Positions 21,957 to 28,463 of a DNA stretch of 28,463 bases are shown one piece after another. Source of the DNA: Myxococcales bacterium (lineage in GTDB: Bacteria; Myxococcota; Myxococcia; Myxococcales; Anaeromyxobacteraceae); contig JBBQEB010000032.1 in assembly GCA_038320275.1 (NCBI GenBank), positions 1 through 28,463 of the forward strand, given 5' to 3'. The notes under the pieces were generated by a model. That model saw nothing but the letters and a program-made list of their open reading frames with translations. It was not told the DNA's origin and ran no database searches. Each line of letters starts with the position of its first letter. The first letter of the stretch is position 1. The position numbers and the translations under genes are program-made.

Positions 21957-23414
21957 TCAGCGACCGATCACGGGGGATGCGACCTGCACGCCGAGCGGGG
22001 CTCCCGCGGACGACGGATACGACGCCGCGCTGGGCATCGGGCCCGGGTCGCTCGAGTAGCCGTGCACGCCCATCTCGGGCATGTCGAGGCCGTTCACCTC
22101 GTCCTCCAGGGAGGCGCGGTTCCCGACCAGCTTGCCGATGATCCAGAAGGCCAGAGCGGCCATCGGCGCCACGTAGAGGATGTTCGCAAGGACGCCGATG
22201 CACTCGGCGACGAGCTGGCCGCCGTCACCGTAGAAGAGGCCGGTCACCCCTTTCGCCACGCCATTCAGGCCTTGTCCGTACACGCCGTTCGCAAAGAGCC
22301 CGGTAGCCACGATGCCCCACACGCCGTTCACGCCATGGACGGCCGCGGCGCCGACCGGATCATCGATCCTGAGCCGGGAGTCGATGAAGAGCGCGGCCAC
22401 GATGACGAGCACGCCCGCGATGGCTCCGATGAGCGCGGCAGCCCAGGCCGAGACGAAGGCGCACGGCGCAGTGATGGCCACCAGTCCGGCTAGCATGCCG
22501 TTCGCGAGCCAGGACGGATCCGCCTTGCCCCACTTCGCCTTCACGTAGAGGAAGGCGGCGAAGGCCCCCGTGGCGCTCGCGATCATCGTGTTCGTCGCCA
22601 CCACCGCCAGCCGGCTGTCCATACCGGAGAGGGTCGACCCCGCGTTGAAGCCGAACCACCCGAAGGCGAGGATGAAGGTCCCGAGCATGACCTGAGGGAT
22701 GGAGTGCGGCGCGATGGGGTGGATCCGCCCGTCTGGCCCGTACTTGCCGGCGCGGGGACCGATCATCTTGGCGAGCACGAGCGCCATCACGCCGCCGGTC
22801 ATGTGCACGACCGAGGAGCCCGCGAAGTCCACGTGGCCGTGCCCGAGGCCGAAATTCACGCCGAGCTGCGAGAGCCAGCCGCCGCCCCACACCCAGTTCG
22901 CGTACACAGGGTAGATCAACGTCGAGATGACGAAGCTGAAGATCACGAACGACCCGAACTTCCAGCGCTCGGCGGCCGCGCCGGTGGGGATGGTGCAGGT
23001 CGTGTCCATGAAGCACATCTGGAAGAAGAAGGTCGTCGCGACTCCCGCGGTGAAGAGCGAGAGCGGGTGGAGGCCGAAGCCCGTCATGCCGAAGAGGCCG
23101 AACGGCTTGCCGAACAGGTTCAGCGTGAACTCCCTCGCGAGGATCGGCTGCTCGCCGAAGACGGCGCCCACGCCGCCCATCTGCAGCGCGAAGCCCACGA
23201 AGTAGAAGCCGATGATGCCGATCGCGTAGACGAGGAAGTTCATGCCCATCGTGTGCGCGACGTTCTTGGCACGCGTGAGGCCCGCCTCCACCAGCGCGAA
23301 GCCGGCCTGCATGAACATGACGAGGAAGCCCGCCACCATCGTCCAGACGACGTTGAGGGCGTTCTGCGTGTCTGCGATGCTCTTCGCGAGCTCTGCCACC
23401 GTCGGATCGGCCAC
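21957..23414 (-). CDS. amtB: Ammonium transporter
   Basis: FMQAGFALVEAG, FFFQMCF, WVWGGGWL, DFAGSSVVHMTGG and DDPVGAAAVHG (twin His), GWFGFNAGS, NGMLAGLVAITA. GTG start at 23414 after AGGGG. Confidence 0.96.
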   Translation of the reverse strand: MADPTVAELAKSIADTQNALNVVWTMVAGFLVMFMQAGFALVEAGLTRAKNVAHTMGMNFLVYAIGIIGFYFVGFALQMGGVGAVFGEQPILAREFTLNLFGKPFGLFGMTGFGLHPLSLFTAGVATTFFFQMCFMDTTCTIPTGAAAERWKFGSFVIFSFVISTLIYPVYANWVWGGGWLSQLGVNFGLGHGHVDFAGSSVVHMTGGVMALVLAKMIGPRAGKYGPDGRIHPIAPHSIPQVMLGTFILAFGWFGFNAGSTLSGMDSRLAVVATNTMIASATGAFAAFLYVKAKWGKADPSWLANGMLAGLVAITAPCAFVSAWAAALIGAIAGVLVIVAALFIDSRLRIDDPVGAAAVHGVNGVWGIVATGLFANGVYGQGLNGVAKGVTGLFYGDGGQLVAECIGVLANILYVAPMAALAFWIIGKLVGNRASLEDEVNGLDMPEMGVHGYSSDPGPMPSAASYPSSAGAPLGVQVASPVIGR

Positions 23415-23489
23415 GGATCTGTCCCCTATCGTGTGAGCCAGGCGCCTCGCGCGAGAGGCGCGTGCCGGGCGATTCCAGGGGGCGACGAT

Positions 23490-23505
23490 TGCAGCGGGTG
23501 TGCCA
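23490..23505 (-). promoter_or_regulatory. Sigma54 -24/-12 promoter for amtB-glnK
   Basis: Minus strand reads TGGCAC-ACCCG-CTGCA (GG-N10-GC), about 75 nt upstream of the amtB start. Amt/P-II operons are classic RpoN targets. Confidence 0.8.
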
Positions 23506-23765
23506 GGGTCGAGTTGCTCACGAGAGGCCATGCGGCGAACGTTTTCCGATTCCCCGGTGCTCTCGACTCCGCGAACTGGGCGCCTTGCGAGCGGTGCGTG
23601 CCCACCCTTCGAGCACGTCGGCTGGTGCGGGGCTCGTCGAGGCGCCCTGCGGGCCGCCCGCGAGACGCTGCTGGGGTTCACGCCGCCGCGGTCGATCCCA
23701 CCGCGCACGGCAAGCGCTCGCGCTCATCGGCGCACCCTGAAGCGGGCGCACGCGACGGCGCTCCC

Positions 23766-23983
23766 GTAACCGCCTCGGGAGCCCCGTCTTGACGTAGCTG
23801 TCTCACGCCGCCGCTTCGCGGGCCCTGCTGACCTCCCGCTGGCTCTGGAGCTCGCCGCCGGCCAGGTCAGGCCAACGGCTCGGGTCTTGGCGGCGTCCAG
23901 CGGTGTGGCAGCAGCTCATCGATGCGCGAGTCAGGAGGTGTCTGGACGCGCAGGAGAGCGTCGGCGAGGTAGTCGACGGGATT
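23766..23983 (-). mobile_element. IS66-family remnant: transposase C-terminal fragment plus right terminal inverted repeat
   Basis: 23983-23867 encodes NPVDYLADALLRVQTPPDSRIDELLPHRW, the IS66 TnpC C-terminal signature. The minus strand then ends ...GTCAAGACGGGGCTCCCGAGGCGGTTAC at 23766, matching the GTAA(G/C)CG termini of IS66. Confidence 0.8.
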
Positions 23984-24049
23984 GCACGGTGGCCCGACCA
24001 CCGCTACCTCGGGCTCGCGCCCAAGTACTGGGCCCAGACCCGCGCCCTT
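23981..24049 (+). mobile_element. Second, oppositely oriented IS66-like transposase C-terminal fragment
   Basis: Reads IARWPDHRYLGLAPKYWAQTRAL, resembling the WPxxRYLELAPKYWxxTRARL tail recalled from myxobacterial IS66 transposases. Abuts the first fragment. Confidence 0.6.
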
Positions 24050-24141
24050 CATGCAGTGGATACGCCAAGAGAGCGTTCTTGCGGGCGCTCGGGGAGCGGC
24101 GAATTGACAGCAGTTGTCGGCTAGGAGCGTGTCTCCGCCTC

Positions 24142-24169
24142 TTGACTGACAGTCGCCTATCCTTAAGTT
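24142..24169 (+). promoter_or_regulatory. Candidate sigma70-type promoter for the relic tkt operon, overlapped by a palindrome
   Basis: TTGACT-N16-TAAGTT in an otherwise GC-rich sequence, about 95 nt before GTG 24265. GACTG-A-CAGTC inverted repeat overlaps the -35. Confidence 0.4.
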
Positions 24170-24264
24170 GAATGCGGCGGGACGAGCGGCACGCGTGGGG
24201 TGTCGCATCGCCGGGCGGCCGGGCGGCCGGCACGCGACCGTGGTCGCAGAACCAAGGAGGCCTC

Positions 24265-24741
24265 GTGAAAGGCTCCGAGCTCGATTCAGGTATGCGTCAA
24301 CGCCATCCGGTTCCTCTCCGTCGACCTGGTTCAGAAGGCGAACTCCTCTATGGCGCCCCCGACAAGCAAGGCACCTTCCACGCGCATGGCATCCCGCTCG
24401 GCGTCGACGAGGTCCGCCGGACGAAGCAGAACCTCGGCTGGCCGCTCGAGCCTCCGTTCTACGTCCCCGACGAGGCGCTGGCGCAGTTCCGCGGCGCGCT
24501 CGAGCGCGGTCGAGAGATCGAGCAGGCGTGGCGGGGGAAGCTCGACGACTACGCGGCGTCGCCGCTCGGCTGGGAACGCTGGACTGGGTCGCGCGGCGCG
24601 ATCATCGGCGTGAATCGCTTCGGCGCGTCGGTGCTGAAGCAGGATGGCTTCACGGTGGACCACGTCGTCGCGCAGGCGCTCGCGCTCGTCGGCGCGAAAC
24701 CAGGGACAGGAGGCCACGGTGGACCTGGAATTACTTCATGA
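24265..24741 (+). pseudogene. tkt: Internally deleted transketolase (158 aa relic of a ~700 aa enzyme)
   Basis: AAGGAGG RBS + GTG. Segments align to aa 1-27, 252-320 and 632 onward of the intact Tkt at 7591-9711; APGET is also missing. The ThDP motif and catalytic core are absent. Confidence 0.92.
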
Positions 24742-25651
24742 GCGATATGGCCCGTCGATCTGGCTCGATTACATCCGGCGCCATCTCCTTCGAAGCGGCG
24801 AGTTCGCCCGGCTCGTCGAGGAGGATGATGTCCGCGGCGTAACCTCGTATGGCCCTGACCGGTTGTTCGTGTACCTGCGGCTCGAGGACGCGCCGGACTC
24901 CGGGCAGGACTCCGCGGCGGACGCGCTGGAGAAGGCCGGACATCCGGTCGTGCGCATCGCGCTCGCCGACCGGCACGATGTGGGCCAGGAGTTCTTCCGC
25001 TGGGAGATCGCCACCGCGGTGACCGGCGCGATCATCGCCATCGATTCGTTCGACCAGCCCGACGTCGAGGCGAGCAAGGATGCGGCGCGGGAGCTCACCG
25101 ACGCCTACGAGAAGACCGGAGCGTTGCCGCGGGAGACCCCCTTCCCTCGGGACGGTGCGTTCAAGCCATTCGCCGACGAGAGGAACCGCCTCGCGCTCGA
25201 GAGAACGGCAGGCTCGGACAAGACGCTGCAGGGATACTTGAGGGCTCACCTCGGGCGACTTCAGCCTGGCGACCATTTCGCGCTGCTCGCCTACGTCGAG
25301 CGCGACGACGCGTACCAAGCGCAGCTGCAGGCGGTGCGACGAGCCGTTCGCGATTCCAGGCGCGTGGCCACCTGTCTCGGATTCGGTCCGCGCTTTCTCC
25401 ACTCGACGGGACAGCCGCACAAGGGCGGGCCCACCAGCGGCGTGTTCCCCCAGCTGACCTGCGACGACGCGGAGGATCTGAAGGTGCCCGGCCACCGGTT
25501 CAGCTTCGGAGTCGTCAAGTCTGCACAGGCGCGTGGCGACCTTCGCGTGCTGGCGCAGCGCGATCGCAGGGCATTGCGCGTGCATCTCGGCTTCGGCGTC
25601 CGCGCCGGCCTCGAGGCGCTTCAACGGACGATCGCGCGGGCACTCGCATGA
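24719..25651 (+). pseudogene. Internally deleted bifunctional transaldolase/phosphoglucose isomerase (310 aa)
   Basis: AGGAGG RBS + GTG. Transaldolase N-terminus (SIWLDYIRR...GVTS) is joined in frame at ~24847 to the PGI C-terminal part (YGPDRLFVYL, GQEFFRWEIATA, FDQPDVEASK, GFGPRFLHSTGQPHKGGP). The Tal Schiff-base Lys region and the PGI N-terminal SIS region are absent. Confidence 0.85.
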
Positions 25652-26025
25652 ACGGCATTCGCCTCTTCATCGCGGACGTCGACGGAGCGCTGCTCACTCC
25701 GGGGAAAGTGCTGACCGGTCGCGCACGGGCGGCGGTCCGCAAGCTGCGCGAGGCCGGTGCGCTTCTCGCCCACCGTAATTTCCACCTTCGACGAGATGCA
25801 CCAGAGGGTCGTGAAGGTCGTGGGCGTCGGGGACGACCTACCGGTCGGCGCACGCTGCGAGGCCGACGTGCGCGAGCAGTTGGCGATCATGTCTCCGCTG
25901 TCTGCATCGCGATGGGGAACGCCAGCCCAGAAGTCCAGCGCGCGGCGCGCAGGGTGTCCACCTCCAACGTGGATGAAGGCTTCGCCACTGGCGCCGAGCG
26001 CTTCGTGGCTGGGAGCTCACGATGA
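25648..26025 (+). pseudogene. Internally deleted Cof-type HAD-IIB hydrolase (125 aa)
   Basis: Motif I IADVDGAL and C-terminal IAMGNASPEVQ...SNVDEGFA are kept. A cap fragment (VRFSPTV...VVKVVGVGDD) lies in another frame from 25757. Motif II (SGR), motif III Lys and motif IV (GDxxND) are missing. Confidence 0.85.
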
Positions 26026-27038
26026 CACCCGGGTTCGATCGCCCTCTGTACTTTCTTCCCTTCGACCACCGTGCGTCGATGCAGAGGAAGATGTTCCGTT
26101 GGGAAGGTCCCTTGAACGCCGCGCAGACGGCGCAGATGGCCGCCGCCAAGCGGGTCATCTACGACGGCTTCCAGGCGGCCGTCGCGGCCGGCGCGCCGAA
26201 GGAGTACGCCGCCATCCTCGTGGATGAACAGTTCGGTTCAGCCATCCTGCGCGATGCCGCCGAGCAGGGTTACACGATCGCATGCCCCGTAGAGAAGAGT
26301 GGGAAGAAGCAGCTCGACTTCGAATACGGGGAAGAATTCGAGCGGCACATCGAGGGGATCAACCCAACCTTCTGCAAGGTCCTGGTGCGCTACAACCCAG
26401 AGGGCGACGAGGCCCTGAATCGGCATCAGACGGCCAGATTGAAGCAGCTGTCGAGTTACCTGCGCGGCCGTGAGCGACTGTTCCTGATCGAGTTGCACGT
26501 GGATGCGGAGCCCGAGCAAATGGACCGATTCAAGGGTGACGAGCATTCCTACGAGCTCGACCTCCGCCCCACGCTCATCGTGCGGAGCATTCACGAGATC
26601 CAGGCTGCCGGCGTTGAACCGGATGTCTGGAAGGTCGAGGGCCTCGACAATCGCGAGGATGCCGCGAGCGTGGTCGCGGCCGCGCGGCGGGATGGCCGCG
26701 ACCGCGTGGGTTGCATCATCTTGGGCGGCGGGGCGGACGAACAGAGGATGCGCGCGAGGCTGACGACGGCGGCGTCCGTTCCGGGGTTCATCGGCTTTGC
26801 CGTGGGCCGCACCACCTTCTCGGATGCCCTGACTGAATGGAGTGCGCACCGGATCACGCGCGAAGCGGCCTCGGCGATGATTGCCCGGCGGTATCGGGAG
26901 TGGGTCGATGTCTTCGAAAGAGGCAAACACTTGCTCGTCGACGTTGCCGAGGCGGCACGGTTGAGGCGCTCGGCGTTGAGTCGCTGGGACAACGAAGGCG
27001 GACGTTCAGCAGAGTTGACTTCAGCAAGGCGAGCGTGA
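26022..27038 (+). CDS. DUF2090 / IolC C-terminal-like class I aldolase domain protein
   Basis: LYFLPFDHRAS, ILVDEQFG, PVEKSG, KVLVRYNPEGD, EPDVWKVEG (Schiff-base-type Lys), FIGFAVGRTTF. ATG overlaps the upstream stop. Appears full length. Confidence 0.88.
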   Translation: MTPGFDRPLYFLPFDHRASMQRKMFRWEGPLNAAQTAQMAAAKRVIYDGFQAAVAAGAPKEYAAILVDEQFGSAILRDAAEQGYTIACPVEKSGKKQLDFEYGEEFERHIEGINPTFCKVLVRYNPEGDEALNRHQTARLKQLSSYLRGRERLFLIELHVDAEPEQMDRFKGDEHSYELDLRPTLIVRSIHEIQAAGVEPDVWKVEGLDNREDAASVVAAARRDGRDRVGCIILGGGADEQRMRARLTTAASVPGFIGFAVGRTTFSDALTEWSAHRITREAASAMIARRYREWVDVFERGKHLLVDVAEAARLRRSALSRWDNEGGRSAELTSARRA

Positions 27039-27063
27039 CGCAGGAAGGTCCCGGGACACCGCC

Positions 27064-28463
27064 ATGATCTCCTTCGACGCGGCACACGCCGCCGTTCACC
27101 ACCCAGCAGATCGGCGCTTCCGGGTGCGGATCAGGCCAGCGATCCTGATTGCTGCTGGGGGCCTCGCCTGCGTGGCGGTCCTCGCTCCCTGGATCCAGGT
27201 GGCCGTCTCCGGACTCCCGCTGGTCCCGCCCGTACCTCAGGTGTATCCCGACAACTTCGCGGGACCGCACGGCTTCCCGGTATGGGTCCGATACTGCCAC
27301 TTCTTCAACTTCTTCTTCGTCGCCATGCTGATCCGCAGCGGGCTCTCGATTTTGGCAGACCACCCCCGCCTATATTTCAATGATCATTGCACTCCCGGAA
27401 GCGAGTGGGTCAGGTTCACGCCGCTGGCGGTGCCTCACGATCGACTGTGGACGGCCAAGGATGACGCACGGTACGTCTCGCCATGGATCGCCACGCCCGG
27501 CTATCGCCACTCCATAGGGATCGCGCGCGCCTGGCACTTCATCGACGTCTACGGTTTCATCCTCACCGGTTTCTTTTTCGTCGTCATGCTCTTCGCCACG
27601 GAGCAGTGGAGACGGATCGTGCCGACCTCCTGGCTGGTGTTAGGCCAGGCCTGGAACACCTGGGTCCACTACGCGACCCTTCACCTGCCGCCGGAGCCCA
27701 ACGGATACTTCGGCTACAACGCTCTCCAGCAGATTGCCTATTTCGCCGTGGTACTCGTGTTCGGGCCGACGGCGATCGCGACAGGGATCGCCATGTCGCC
27801 GGCGGTGGTGAGCCGCTTCCCGTGGTATGCGCGGCTCTTCGGCGGCAGGCAAGCTGCGCGCTCGCTCCATTTCCTGACAATGCTGGGTTTCCTCGGGTTC
27901 CTGGTCGTGCACGTGACGCTGGTGGTGATGACCGGCTTCGTCCGCAACATGAACCATATCGTGATGGGGACCGACGACGTCGCCGGGGTTTCGGGCGCGA
28001 TCTGGGGCTTCGTGGGGATCGGGGTGGTCGTCCTCTCGTGGGTTGTGGCGCACCGGGTCTCCTGGAAGCACCCCCGTCTCCTGCAGCGTGCCGAGAGGCT
28101 CGTCCTTCATCCACTCCTGCGCGCCACCCTCGACCGACTCGTCCCTCACGAGCGGTACTCCGACGCGGACACCTCGCCGTTTTTCTGGCCGAATGGGAAG
28201 CTGCCCGAGCGCGCGGACTGGAAGGAGCTCGCCCGGGATGGCTTCCGTGGCTACAAGCTGCAGGTGGGGGGGCTCGTCGAGAACTCCGTCGCGCTCTCGC
28301 TCGCGGACCTTGCCGCGCTCGGTATGGTCGAGCACATCACCATGCACCATTGCATCCAGGGCTGGACGGGCATCGCCAAGTGGGGGGGCATCCCGATGAG
28401 GGCGCTCGTCGAGCTGGTGAGGCTCAAGCCCGAGGCCAAGGTGGTCGCGTTCTATTCTTTCGG
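27064..28463 (+). CDS. Cytochrome b-like membrane domain fused to a sulfite-oxidase-family (MsrP/YuiH-like) molybdopterin domain; 3' end outside the window
   Basis: Translated by hand from ATG 27064 (absent from the ORF track because no stop): GFPVWVRYCHFFN, HPRLYFND, ARAWHF, YNALQQIAYF, GGRQAARSLHF, FWPNG, LQVGGLVE and HHCIQGWTGIAKWGG with the Mo-ligating Cys. Confidence 0.88.
   Translation, partial: MISFDAAHAAVHHPADRRFRVRIRPAILIAAGGLACVAVLAPWIQVAVSGLPLVPPVPQVYPDNFAGPHGFPVWVRYCHFFNFFFVAMLIRSGLSILADHPRLYFNDHCTPGSEWVRFTPLAVPHDRLWTAKDDARYVSPWIATPGYRHSIGIARAWHFIDVYGFILTGFFFVVMLFATEQWRRIVPTSWLVLGQAWNTWVHYATLHLPPEPNGYFGYNALQQIAYFAVVLVFGPTAIATGIAMSPAVVSRFPWYARLFGGRQAARSLHFLTMLGFLGFLVVHVTLVVMTGFVRNMNHIVMGTDDVAGVSGAIWGFVGIGVVVLSWVVAHRVSWKHPRLLQRAERLVLHPLLRATLDRLVPHERYSDADTSPFFWPNGKLPERADWKELARDGFRGYKLQVGGLVENSVALSLADLAALGMVEHITMHHCIQGWTGIAKWGGIPMRALVELVRLKPEAKVVAFYSF

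Noticed and set aside
23578..23752. Possible NtrC boxes upstream of the amtB promoter (GCGC-N10-GTGC, GCAC-N10-GCGC)
   Set aside because: Spacing does not match GCAC-N7-GTGC and such words are common at this GC content.

Overview
GC-rich bacterial DNA, with a codon style and IS fragments suggestive of Myxococcota or a similar soil lineage (not established). The left end holds a partial ClC channel with CBS domains, a DUF2254 membrane protein and a 6-heme membrane-anchored NapC/NirT (ImcH-like) cytochrome. The centre (4238-20252, minus strand) is a ~16 kb co-directional sugar-phosphate/energy cluster: PRC-barrel, ackA, ppk2, phosphoketolase, tal, pgi, SPFH, gnd, tkt, zwf, GH15 hydrolase. It is headed by a near-consensus sigma54 promoter. 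Next come a monoheme cytochrome c and amtB-glnK with their own sigma54 promoter, then an IS66 scar made of two back-to-back transposase C-termini. The most unusual part is 24265-26025 (plus strand): a second, divergently oriented tkt / tal-pgi / Cof-HAD operon. All three genes are gutted by large internal deletions, yet each still reads open from its native start to its native stop, in two cases via compensating single-base indels. They lead by overlapping stop/start codons into an intact DUF2090/IolC-like aldolase gene, followed by a cytochrome b-molybdopterin oxidoreductase that runs off the window. No rRNA, tRNA or CRISPR array was seen.
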